A stretch of DNA of 64,000 bases, taken from Bacteroidales bacterium (GTDB taxonomy: Bacteria; Bacteroidota; Bacteroidia; Bacteroidales; JBDKHP01). The notes beneath the pieces are model-generated. The model had not been told where the DNA came from. It did no database searches and was given only the letters and a program-made list of their open reading frames with translations. The DNA is taken from NCBI GenBank assembly GCA_965230435.1, contig CBDDLB010000002.1, forward strand, positions 2,326,706-2,390,705, written 5' to 3'. The position numbers were made by a program, and so were the translations under genes. Below, in pieces: positions 7,951-17,521 of this stretch (position 1 is the first letter of the stretch; every line of letters begins with the position of its first letter).

Positions 7951-10428
7951 CTACCTATTGATAACCACTTCATATTTATTAACCCCCATGTAAACAATCC
8001 GCACACGCAACTCCTTCTTCGCAGCATCATGGAAATAACCATAATACATCTTTTCAAAACGCTTGGCAGTCTTTCCCATTTCCAATTTTGTACCACTAAC
8101 CTGAACACTAGAAGGAACATTTTCCTGGTCATGAATAACAAATTCCATCAGATGCTGATCTGGCATTACATCAAAATTAGGCCCCTCTTTATTGACATCT
8201 AATTTCAATACCGTCTCTTCTTCCTTCGCTCCAAATAACAACATTCCATAATCACTATAGAAATACGCTTTATTTCTCTTTCCGTCATCTTCATAAAGCG
8301 TATAGTTTATCTGCTTTCCCTTCTCTCCTGATGGATAGAAATGAATCAAAAGACTTTGCAGACTATAATCCTCAGTATTCGAAAAAGGCTTTTTCGTCAT
8401 CGGGATAAAACTTCCTCCCCGTGCAAAAACAGGAATATTCTCCATGCTCAATTTTTGAGTTATCCACTGCTGTCCCTGATGCTTTTCTCCAGTATAGAAA
8501 TCAAACCAAACACCTTTAGGCAAATAAACTTTTCTCTCCGTTACCCCCTTTTCCAAAACTGGAGCAACAAGCAAGTTCTCTCCCCAAAAATAAGTGTCGT
8601 CAATTTTATACAGTTCCCTGTTAGCTGGCTCATAATACCAAATCGGACGGGTAAGTGGTGCACCTGACTGATTATTCTCCCAAGCAAGCGTATAAGTATA
8701 CGGCAACAGTCTATAGCGCAGTTTTATCGCTTTACGGACTCTATCTTTCGTTTCATCATCCCAATAAATCGGCTCAGAAGGATGCCCCGAACCATGCGGA
8801 CGGAAAACAGGATTGAAAACACCAAACTGCAACCAGCGCGTATAAAGCTCTGGATCTTTCTCACCTTGAGCAAAACCACCAAGATCGGAATGCATATAAC
8901 CCAAACCACTCATAGACATAGCAAGCATAATCGGTGGCTGTGCCTGCAAACCGCCCCACGAACGCGAAACATCGCCCGACCAAGGAAAAATCGAAAATCG
9001 CTGAGATCCGGCATAACCACTACGGCTAAGGTTAAACACCCGCTCCTCACGATATTCTTTTTCATAGCCTTCAAAAAGCACCTTCTCCCAATAATGCCCA
9101 TAAATATTATGTACCTCGTCAGCCTTTCCATTCACATGCATAACATCTTTTGGGTGATGCTCTGGCTCACCAAGATCGCCCCACCAGCCAGCAATGCCTG
9201 TTTCTTTATGCTTTTTGTACTGCTTCCAGAACCATTCCTGCGCCTCTGGTTTAAAAATGTCTATCAGCCCACCATTCCCGAAATAGAATTTCGTAAGGAA
9301 ATAAGAGTCCCCGTTTTTATCTGTCGCCAACAACTTATTCTCTTTCAAGTAATCGTAATGCGTAGTACTATCAACAAAATACGGTTCGGTAATCAATACC
9401 GTCTTCACCTTCTTTGCTTCAAAATCCTTGATCATCTTCTCTGCCGTAGGCCAGTTATCCCTGTCCCAATCCAAATTGCCCATATTTGCAGGCCCACTAC
9501 CAAATTTCCCGAACCAGTTCAAATCTATAATAATCGCATCCATAGGAAAATCCTCAGCTTGCATTTGCTCTACAACTCCTCTGGTTTCTGTTTCGTTCTG
9601 GTAAGCCATACGCGAAGTAAGGTTGCCAAGTGCCCAACGCGGTGGCAAAGGCTGGCGTCCCGTAAGGGTAGTGTAGTTCTTAATAACATCATGATGCGAA
9701 GTACCTGCAATGAAATAATACGTTAACTCACCACCAATAAAACTCACTTCCCATTGCTTCGGATTTGCTTTCCCAAAGTCCATATATCCTTTCTGCGGAT
9801 TATCGAACAGCACAGAATACAACTCCGATGAAACAACATAAGGTATCCCGTAATTCAGATTCGTCTCTCCAATCTGGTAGCCATAGCGTGGCTGATTGTA
9901 CAATTGAAAACTATGACCACGTCTGTCCATTGCAATTGCCCGTTCACCACCACCAATCAACACCTCTGTTGCTGGATAATTAAACCGAAAACCTGTTACC
10001 GAATCATTCTTAAAAACCTTCTGATCTGTAAGTGCTGTTTTACCTCCAGACTTCAGTGCTATAGAAAACGGCTTCTTATTGATCGTTACAGAATAAAAAT
10101 TTGTTCCCAGAGTGACGCTCTTGGGCTGTTCATCTAAATTGAAACTAACCACTTCAGCTTTCTTTACAACACTATGCGACTCTACAAATGAATTAACACC
10201 TGTAGGCAAAAAGCTCACCTTCAGAATTTGCTTCGTATAAGGTTGAAAATGATATTTCCCCTGATCGGTATCAACAACCAAAGTCTCATTTACAAATGAA
10301 TGCTGTAAGTAACGTTGACCTAAAGCATATTGGCCAATCAGAAAAAGATTCAAGAATAAAATAACCGCCAAAAGCGGAACAGGAAAAAACCGATGCAGTT
10401 TCTCCTTGGTAGTGATATGATTTTTCAT
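7951..10428 (-). CDS. Glycoside hydrolase family 31 (alpha-glucosidase/alpha-xylosidase-like)
   Basis: 825 aa with a signal/TM leader. GH31-like blocks GWWGDLGEPE and RSGYAGSQRFSIFPWSGDVSRSW. Confidence 0.85.
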   Translation of the reverse strand: MKNHITTKEKLHRFFPVPLLAVILFLNLFLIGQYALGQRYLQHSFVNETLVVDTDQGKYHFQPYTKQILKVSFLPTGVNSFVESHSVVKKAEVVSFNLDEQPKSVTLGTNFYSVTINKKPFSIALKSGGKTALTDQKVFKNDSVTGFRFNYPATEVLIGGGERAIAMDRRGHSFQLYNQPRYGYQIGETNLNYGIPYVVSSELYSVLFDNPQKGYMDFGKANPKQWEVSFIGGELTYYFIAGTSHHDVIKNYTTLTGRQPLPPRWALGNLTSRMAYQNETETRGVVEQMQAEDFPMDAIIIDLNWFGKFGSGPANMGNLDWDRDNWPTAEKMIKDFEAKKVKTVLITEPYFVDSTTHYDYLKENKLLATDKNGDSYFLTKFYFGNGGLIDIFKPEAQEWFWKQYKKHKETGIAGWWGDLGEPEHHPKDVMHVNGKADEVHNIYGHYWEKVLFEGYEKEYREERVFNLSRSGYAGSQRFSIFPWSGDVSRSWGGLQAQPPIMLAMSMSGLGYMHSDLGGFAQGEKDPELYTRWLQFGVFNPVFRPHGSGHPSEPIYWDDETKDRVRKAIKLRYRLLPYTYTLAWENNQSGAPLTRPIWYYEPANRELYKIDDTYFWGENLLVAPVLEKGVTERKVYLPKGVWFDFYTGEKHQGQQWITQKLSMENIPVFARGGSFIPMTKKPFSNTEDYSLQSLLIHFYPSGEKGKQINYTLYEDDGKRNKAYFYSDYGMLLFGAKEEETVLKLDVNKEGPNFDVMPDQHLMEFVIHDQENVPSSVQVSGTKLEMGKTAKRFEKMYYGYFHDAAKKELRVRIVYMGVNKYEVVINR

Positions 10429-10694
10429 GAGTTAAGTTTTGGGTTCTAATACTAAATTCAATTCTAATTTGGAAAATCTATGAAACTCTCAAAATCCCTT
10501 CTAGGGTTTTCTTCTCCAATCGAACAACCTCAGAAGAAATATCTGCTTAGAAGGTATACAAGCGAAAGTGGTTTTCGAATTTTGTAACTGGCTATTCTTG
10601 ATCTGCACAGACGCGTTACTAGTGCGTCTCTACGCAATAACCAATAACAAATTCGCATCTAATATACTCAACACGAACGTTTGCAATGCCCATA

Positions 10695-10728
10695 AAAGAA
10701 AAAATGCCCCTACCCAAAGGGCAGAGGC
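10695..10728 (-). terminator. Rho-independent terminator after secDF
   Basis: On the minus strand GCCUCUGCCC-UUU-GGGUAGGGGC (two G-U pairs) is followed by AUUUUUUCUUUU, about 30 nt after the stop. Confidence 0.5.
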
Positions 10729-10758
10729 ACAAATAAGATTGGGTAGCATATCTTATGC

Positions 10759-13700
10759 TTAAGCGACTTTTGCTTTCTTAGGTTTAAGTTCTCCATTGCC
10801 TTTCTTGTCTTCTGGCAATGTATCAAAAGCAACAGGAGTTGCAATGAACAGCGATGAGTAAGTACCCACAACAACACCTACCAGCAACGCGAAGATAAAT
10901 CCACGAAGTGAAGCTCCACCGAACATAAAGATCGTAAGAAGTACCACGAATGTACTTAACGACGTACTAAACGTACGGCTCAATGTAGAGTTAAGTGCGC
11001 TATTGTATACTGTTACCTTATCGTCTTTTTTATGCAAAGCTACATACTCACGAATACGGTCGAATACAACCACGGTATCGTTGATCGAGTAACCAATCAC
11101 CGTAAGGATAGCTGCAATAAATGCCTGATCGATCTCCATTGAGAAAGGCATAAAATTGTAAAGTATTGAGAACAGACCAAGCACTACCAATACATCGTGC
11201 GCCAAGGCAGCCACTGCACCAAAACCGAACTGACGCCCACGGAAACGGAACAAGATGTAAAGGAAAATAATCAGAAGTGAGAAAGCAATTGCAATAGTAG
11301 CATCCCACTTGATGTCATCAGCAATCGTTGGCCCCACTTTGTGCGAACTCATTCTGTAGTCATTCGAAAACTGCTCAAAAGTAACTCCTTCATCCAACAG
11401 AGCCTTTGATCCAGCATATAGTTTTTGTTCGATTTCGCGGTCGATATCCTGACCTTCTTCATCGATTTTGTAGTCAGTAGTAATTTTAACTTGGTTGTTG
11501 CTACCAAAAGTTTTGATCTCTGGAGAATCTCCAAACTGAGCATCTAGTGCCTGTGTCAAATCCTGAGTATTAACATCCTTCTCATAACGCACTACATAAG
11601 TACGACCTCCTTTGAAGTCAACACCTAAATTCAATCCTTGAAAAACTAGCGATATAAGACCTAGAGCAATAATAGCTCCTGAAATAGTATAAGCAAGCTT
11701 GCGTTTGCCCAAGAAATCGATGTTCAGGTTTTTGAAAGCACCTTCTGTCAACTTAGTAGAGAACGTAATCGCCGATTTGCGCTTCAACATTGTTTCGAAA
11801 ATCATTCTTGTAATGAAGATTGCTGCAAATAGAGATGTCAAGATACCAATAACAAGTGTTGTCGCAAAACCTTGAACCGGCCCACTACCAAACACATAAA
11901 GGATAATCGCAGTAAACAATGTCGTAAGGTTGGCATCAATAATCGCAGAATAAGCGTGCTTATAACCATCAGAAATTGAAAGGCCAACTCCTTTTCCTGC
12001 CAAAATTTCCTCTCGGATACGCTCGAAGATAAGTACGTTAGCATCCACTGACATACCAATAGTAAGAACAATACCCGCAATACCAGGAAGAGTAAGTACT
12101 GCATTCAACGACGAAAGAACGCCGAAAATGAAGAATACGTTTGTAATAAGAGCTATGTTGGCAACCCATCCAGACTTGTTGTAGTAGAAAATCATGTAAA
12201 TAAGTACTACAACAAAAGCAATAATAAACGATACAAGACCCGACTGAATAGACTCTCTACCCAAAGATGGACCAACAACTTCTTCTTGAATAATGTGTGT
12301 TGGAGCAGGAAGTTTACCCGACTTTAAGATGTTTGCAAGGTCTTTCGCTTCCTGAATTGAGAAATTACCCGAAATCTGAGAGCTTCCTCCTTTAATCTGT
12401 CCATTAACAACAGGATAAGAATATACATAGTTGTCCAATACAATTGCAACCTGTTTTCCAATATTTTCACCAGTGATACGCGACCATTTAGCAGCCCCAT
12501 CACCAGTCATACTCATACTAACAACAGACTCGCCTGTCATTGGCTCCAAATCCTGACGAGCATCCGCAATAACATCGCCTTCTAGAACTGGGCCTAAATT
12601 ACGTTTCGATCCTTTTAGAGCAACCAAACGAACAAAAGATGTCGGTTTCTTATCTTTATCCAGAATTGTTTTAACCTCCCAAGCCAATTTCAATTCACGA
12701 GGGAAAAGTTCTTTCACTCTTGTATTTTTCAAGTACGACATAATTTTTGCCGTATCTTTTATGTGCGCCGTACCAACAGTAGCTCCTTGGAATGGCTGAC
12801 CATTCTGAGCAATAGAAGGCTGCAACAATGAAAACAGAGGAAAACGTTTTTGCATATCTTCCTTGCCAGCTGTTAAGCTGTCCGTCTTCAACTCATTTAC
12901 CAGTGAGTTGTCTACTTTTGTACTGTCAGACTCAACCACACCTGTAGAATCGGTAGTAGCTACAGACTCTTTAACTATTTCTTTAGCCTCATTTTGCTTA
13001 GCAATCTCATCATTGGCAGCAATTAAGAAATTGTAAACTTCACGGTTGTCGTAAGTTTCCCAGAACTCAAGGTTCGCACTTCCTTGAAGAAGTTTACGCA
13101 CACGCTCAGGGTCTTTGATACCTGGCAGTTCCACAAGTACCCTTCCTGAACTCTCCAAACCTAAACGTTGGATGTTTGGTTGGCTTACACCAAAACGGTC
13201 GATACGTGTACGAAGGATGTTGAACGAGTTATCGATTGCACTTTGAGCTTCTTCGCGAAGAACTGCAATAACCTCCTCGTCTTTAGAGTCATATGCCACA
13301 CGACCTTTCAGTTTGATAGAAGAGAAGAATGCAGAAAGCTGTGCATTCGGGGCAACTTCTTTCATCGAACGTGCGAAAAGTGTAATGAAGTCGTCCTGAC
13401 TCTTTTTTTGATACTCTTGAGCCTTGCGGATGGCAGCAGTAAAGGTAGTATCTTGGCTGTCGCTCGAAAGTGTTTTTACTAGTTCAACTACTGAGACTTC
13501 TAAAGTTACGTTCATACCGCCCTTTAAGTCCAGACCGAAGTTTAATTCCCGCTCTTTGGCCTCTCTGTAAGTGAAGTTTTTCAGACCAAGAAAATATACT
13601 TCTTCGTTGGCCATTGAATCCAAATAAGCCAGTTCCTTGGCTACATCACCCTGCGCATACTCTTTAGCATCACTCTCTACACCACGTGTAACCCATGTAA

Positions 13701-13770
13701 ATGACAAATGGAATAAACTGAATACTGCAAAGAGAATTGCGACTAACTGAATTGCTCCTTTGTTCCGCAT
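10759..13770 (-). CDS. secDF: Protein translocase subunit SecDF (fused)
   Basis: 1003 aa with two 6-TM blocks separated by periplasmic domains. N-terminus MRNKGAIQLVAILFAVFSLFHLSFTW is typical of Bacteroidota SecDF. Confidence 0.95.
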   Translation of the reverse strand: MRNKGAIQLVAILFAVFSLFHLSFTWVTRGVESDAKEYAQGDVAKELAYLDSMANEEVYFLGLKNFTYREAKERELNFGLDLKGGMNVTLEVSVVELVKTLSSDSQDTTFTAAIRKAQEYQKKSQDDFITLFARSMKEVAPNAQLSAFFSSIKLKGRVAYDSKDEEVIAVLREEAQSAIDNSFNILRTRIDRFGVSQPNIQRLGLESSGRVLVELPGIKDPERVRKLLQGSANLEFWETYDNREVYNFLIAANDEIAKQNEAKEIVKESVATTDSTGVVESDSTKVDNSLVNELKTDSLTAGKEDMQKRFPLFSLLQPSIAQNGQPFQGATVGTAHIKDTAKIMSYLKNTRVKELFPRELKLAWEVKTILDKDKKPTSFVRLVALKGSKRNLGPVLEGDVIADARQDLEPMTGESVVSMSMTGDGAAKWSRITGENIGKQVAIVLDNYVYSYPVVNGQIKGGSSQISGNFSIQEAKDLANILKSGKLPAPTHIIQEEVVGPSLGRESIQSGLVSFIIAFVVVLIYMIFYYNKSGWVANIALITNVFFIFGVLSSLNAVLTLPGIAGIVLTIGMSVDANVLIFERIREEILAGKGVGLSISDGYKHAYSAIIDANLTTLFTAIILYVFGSGPVQGFATTLVIGILTSLFAAIFITRMIFETMLKRKSAITFSTKLTEGAFKNLNIDFLGKRKLAYTISGAIIALGLISLVFQGLNLGVDFKGGRTYVVRYEKDVNTQDLTQALDAQFGDSPEIKTFGSNNQVKITTDYKIDEEGQDIDREIEQKLYAGSKALLDEGVTFEQFSNDYRMSSHKVGPTIADDIKWDATIAIAFSLLIIFLYILFRFRGRQFGFGAVAALAHDVLVVLGLFSILYNFMPFSMEIDQAFIAAILTVIGYSINDTVVVFDRIREYVALHKKDDKVTVYNSALNSTLSRTFSTSLSTFVVLLTIFMFGGASLRGFIFALLVGVVVGTYSSLFIATPVAFDTLPEDKKGNGELKPKKAKVA

Positions 13771-13823
13771 TTCTAATCGTCTTTATTTTAATTTCAAGTT
13801 CATAAGTTCCTCTAAGAATCGCG

Positions 13824-13831
13824 CAAATATA
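13824..13831 (-). promoter_or_regulatory. Candidate -7 box (TATATTTG) upstream of secDF
   Basis: TAnnTTTG match on the minus strand, 54 nt upstream of ATG 13770. Confidence 0.3.
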
Positions 13832-14636
13832 TTGTTTTTTTTTAATTCCTTACGTTTGATGGGCTATTATTCTACATTACTTTAATTCACTGAATTTATT
13901 TTATTTACCTGTCCAATGCCACGTGTTGACATATCCTCTTATTTTATTTCCATTTCAATGTAATGCTCTACTCTTAGTAACGTTCTTTGAACGATAATGA
14001 AACTGTGGACGGATAAAATCCATTCCTTTTCGAATTGACTTAAGAGAACATTGCCATAAAACCTGACATATAAACAACTTAAAATAAGCTCAAAGGGGAG
14101 CTTACTTCCTCTCATATCTACCCAAAAACAACTCTTGATCGCCTAAAACCGAAATTAAAAAGCAGGATTGCAGTTTCTTTCAGTTTTGTTACCTTTACCT
14201 TGATATGTTCTATTGTATTTAACAGCAAAGGATGTTCTGTAAAAGGCATGAACTTTGAATATCCTGTGAGTGTTTCAGGTAAGGTCGTAACCCTATTCTG
14301 TTTTAAAACTCACTTCTGGTTAGGATGCTTTCATTCAGATTGAGTTTTTGTAATTATAATAAGTCCACGACCTTAGCATAGTGATATAATCGACATTTTT
14401 TGGGGTGTCATATTACTGATAATCAGCACAAAATTAAATTTTAACAAGTAGGGACATTTAACTTTTTTCTCTGGACATAAGTAGTTCATATTCAGTTTGA
14501 TTATTTGAAGTCTTAGAAACCAATGACCTTACTTGTCTATTTTTAAAGACGCTGTAAAAACAGGCAATGTCACTTCCCAGCAAATAGCACCGTGTGCTGT
14601 AAATAGTTCCAAGAACTTAAATAGCGAATCTGCTTC

Positions 14637-16742
14637 ATGAATTTTTTCAATAAACTCTCGTTGCGCCATAGGCTGCTTCTCGTTACGCTACCTACAACAG
14701 CTTTGTTGTATACATTAGCGGCATATGTTATTCACACTACGCAGGTGAGCGGTATTTTTAACAATTCCCGCCCACTGATGGAGCAACACCTAAGCAATCT
14801 ATCCGACCTGATCAGTACCTACAACAAACAGGTGACTTCAGAAGGCGATTTTGCAAAGCGGCTTATCAACGACCTACAGACAAAACTGAGTGTCAACCCT
14901 GAAGATACCGCAGCAATGAGCCTAAAATGGAAATTGCTGAAACAAGCAGAACAGTTTGAACAAGAACACCACAAACGAACAGGCGAGAATAAATTCGAAG
15001 ATTTAAAAGAAAGCTTCTACTCAAAAAGGTATTACAAATCTGGCTTCCCGTATGTAATAGATGCCAAGGGTTATTTTGTAATCCACCCCAACCGCGAGAA
15101 AGAGAATGTATTGTCCGAAGCATTTTTCCGGGAGATGCAGGAAATGCGTAAAGGAGTTCTTGAACTATATGACGAGAAATTACTGCGCGATATTTACGTT
15201 TTTTACAGCTTCGACATGGAAAGCGAAATGTATGTCTGCATCCTTGTTCCTAAAAAAGAGTTCATTGACGAACAGATACGTTCTGTAGACCTTGCCATTA
15301 TTTTCCTTGGAATATTAGCAGTTCTTAGTTTTAGTTTGTTCATTTATTTCTTGGCACGGGCAATCACCCGCCCTTTAAGAATGATCAGCGTTTTATTACA
15401 GAACATTCTAACTGGGAATTTCCGAGCCGAAATAATGGACTATCCTTATAACGACATCATACGCAGGATACTCGATGCGCTCAATGAGCACATCAAACAC
15501 CTTCAATCGGCAGCCAAATTTGCAGACAGCATACGCGAAGGGAATTACACATTGGAATTCAACCCGCTAGGAAACGATGATGATTTAGGGAACGCCCTAA
15601 TTGCCATGCGCAATAACTTGATGAAAGCAGAAGAAGAACGCCATACCAGAAAAAAAGAAGATGAAATACGTAGGTGGGAAGCAGAAGGTATCGCACGGTT
15701 CAACGATCTTTTACGACAATCTGGCCAAAGCTTTGAATCTTTCTCGTACATCATCATAAAAGGAATCGCAGATTATGTCTCTGCCCACCTTGGAGCAATT
15801 TTCATCTACGACCAGAAGGATTTCAGTGGTGGTATACACACGAACGAACTGGTTTTGGTAGCATCTCACGCATACGAGCAAAAGAAATTTATCGATAGGA
15901 GGTTCAAAACGGGCGAAGGCCTTGTTGGTGTTTGTGCCGCTGAAAAAAAGTCAGTGTTCCTGACTGAAGTTCCCGACAATTACCTAAAAATACGCTCTGG
16001 GCTTGGCGATTCGAAACCAAGAAGCTTACTTTTTGTACCAATACTTTTAGAAGACGGCCCCTTTGGAGTTATCGAACTTGCCTCTATGCACGTTTTCCAA
16101 CACTACGAAGTAGAATTTGTAGAAAAAATATCTACTACCATAGCCACCACATTGGCCAATGTAAAAAACAGTATTCGTACTCAAGAGCTTCTACGCGATT
16201 CTCAGAAGTATACTGATCAGATGCGCCTGCAAGAAGAATTAATGAAGGCTCAGCTAGATGAAATGATTCTTGAAAAAGAAATGTCTGACAAAGAATTAGA
16301 GACACTTAAAGCTTCGGAAAACCGCTTCAATCTAGTCTTCGAAAAATCCATTCAGCCAATAATGATTGCCGACGAAAAGGGTAAAATTCAATTGAGCAAC
16401 CAAGCGGCACTTCAGCTTTTTGGTGTTGAGAACGAGCAGGTAAAAGAGTTCCACATTCAGGAACTTATTATTATCAAAGATATGAAACTGTTTTTCTCTC
16501 GCCTAGGACAATGGCAACGTGTGAAAGCTATTCACATGGAAGGTAAGATTACACCTGTAGAAGTATTTATGAGTCTTGTTTCTGCCCGTGGCGAAAAAAT
16601 AATGCTTGTATATATTCGGAATATTTCCCGTTTGGCAGCTATGGAAAATGAGATTAAGCGACATATTGAAGACAATATGACTTTGCGGAACCGCATAACC
16701 GACCAAAAGAAACGTATTGAGGAACTTGAAGGAGAGGATTAA
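14637..16742 (+). CDS. Membrane sensor protein: Cache-like periplasmic domain, HAMP, GAF, coiled coil, PAS-like; no output domain
   Basis: 701 aa. TM1, periplasmic block YVIDAKGYFVIHPN, TM2, HAMP (ITRPLRMISVLLQNILTGNF), GAF (GEGLVGVCAAEKKSVFLTEVPDNY...VIELAS), then a coil and a PAS-sized C-terminus. I could not see HisKA/HATPase, GGDEF or MCP motifs. Confidence 0.8.
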   Translation: MNFFNKLSLRHRLLLVTLPTTALLYTLAAYVIHTTQVSGIFNNSRPLMEQHLSNLSDLISTYNKQVTSEGDFAKRLINDLQTKLSVNPEDTAAMSLKWKLLKQAEQFEQEHHKRTGENKFEDLKESFYSKRYYKSGFPYVIDAKGYFVIHPNREKENVLSEAFFREMQEMRKGVLELYDEKLLRDIYVFYSFDMESEMYVCILVPKKEFIDEQIRSVDLAIIFLGILAVLSFSLFIYFLARAITRPLRMISVLLQNILTGNFRAEIMDYPYNDIIRRILDALNEHIKHLQSAAKFADSIREGNYTLEFNPLGNDDDLGNALIAMRNNLMKAEEERHTRKKEDEIRRWEAEGIARFNDLLRQSGQSFESFSYIIIKGIADYVSAHLGAIFIYDQKDFSGGIHTNELVLVASHAYEQKKFIDRRFKTGEGLVGVCAAEKKSVFLTEVPDNYLKIRSGLGDSKPRSLLFVPILLEDGPFGVIELASMHVFQHYEVEFVEKISTTIATTLANVKNSIRTQELLRDSQKYTDQMRLQEELMKAQLDEMILEKEMSDKELETLKASENRFNLVFEKSIQPIMIADEKGKIQLSNQAALQLFGVENEQVKEFHIQELIIIKDMKLFFSRLGQWQRVKAIHMEGKITPVEVFMSLVSARGEKIMLVYIRNISRLAAMENEIKRHIEDNMTLRNRITDQKKRIEELEGED

Positions 16743-16762
16743 CACCTCTCCACCATATTAAT

Positions 16763-17119
16763 TTACGGTTCAATCTTTTCTGGATTTGGAATAATGCACA
16801 AAAATTCAAACGCCTCCTCATTGGGATTCAGAAACTGATGCAGCTCGTTTGGCGCTATAAACAGACTCTGCCCTTCGGCAAGTTCATGTTTATTACCTTC
16901 AGCATCATGAAAAATGCCCTTGTTCTTTACCACGCGCACAACATGTTCATAGTTGTGGGTATGTCGTGGAGTATTGCCGCTGGCTCCAATTGAAAAATGC
17001 CTCATGATAATATTATCCGAACTTTCATTAGGCCCTATCAATATTTTCATTTCTACATTATCTGCCCCTTTCATATTCACTTTCTCGAAAGAGAGACTTG
17101 ATTCTGTGTTTATTTTCAT
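16763..17119 (-). CDS. Cupin domain protein
   Basis: 118 aa. The GNTPRHTHNYEHVVRVVKNKG ... ELHQFLN pattern fits the cupin_2 His-containing motifs. Confidence 0.8.
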   Translation of the reverse strand: MKINTESSLSFEKVNMKGADNVEMKILIGPNESSDNIIMRHFSIGASGNTPRHTHNYEHVVRVVKNKGIFHDAEGNKHELAEGQSLFIAPNELHQFLNPNEEAFEFLCIIPNPEKIEP

Positions 17120-17437
17120 GAGTTTAGTTTTTAGTTAAGAGTTTGAATTTTACGTATAACCACATAGGGGATTATGGTAGGCTATGTTTACAAATAGGAA
17201 TGTTAATATAAACGGCACTTTTGGGTTTGTCACCATATTGAAATTAGTACGATGCTTTTCCTAACAAATAGCACCACGCACTTATTTCATGTAAGAATTT
17301 CTTCATCAGTTTCATTCAAAACAATAAGTTTTATCAAGACTAAAAATGAACTTAGCAGTACAGCTTCAACTTCTTTTTACTAAAGACACATTTAAGAATA
17401 AAAAGTGCTACATGTAAGCAAGGCATGTTAAAGAAAA

Positions 17438-17480
17438 CTAAAAAAGCCAGAAGCATATCCTAACTAAATATACTTCTGGC
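17438..17480 (-). terminator. Rho-independent terminator after sensor gene 17522..19597
   Basis: GCCAGAAG (17446-17453) pairs with CTTCTGGC (17473-17480). On the minus strand the stem is followed by UUUUU. Confidence 0.55.
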
Positions 17481-17521
17481 TCTCCTCAGCCTTAAAACGT
17501 ACACATCTAAATATTGTATTC

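Noticed and set aside
8782-9726. 314-aa ORF on the plus strand, the longest unassigned ORF in the track
   Set aside because: It lies entirely antisense to the GH31 gene, whose frame carries clear family motifs. The product is low-complexity and Arg/Ile/Phe-rich, with no motif. This is a typical shadow ORF.
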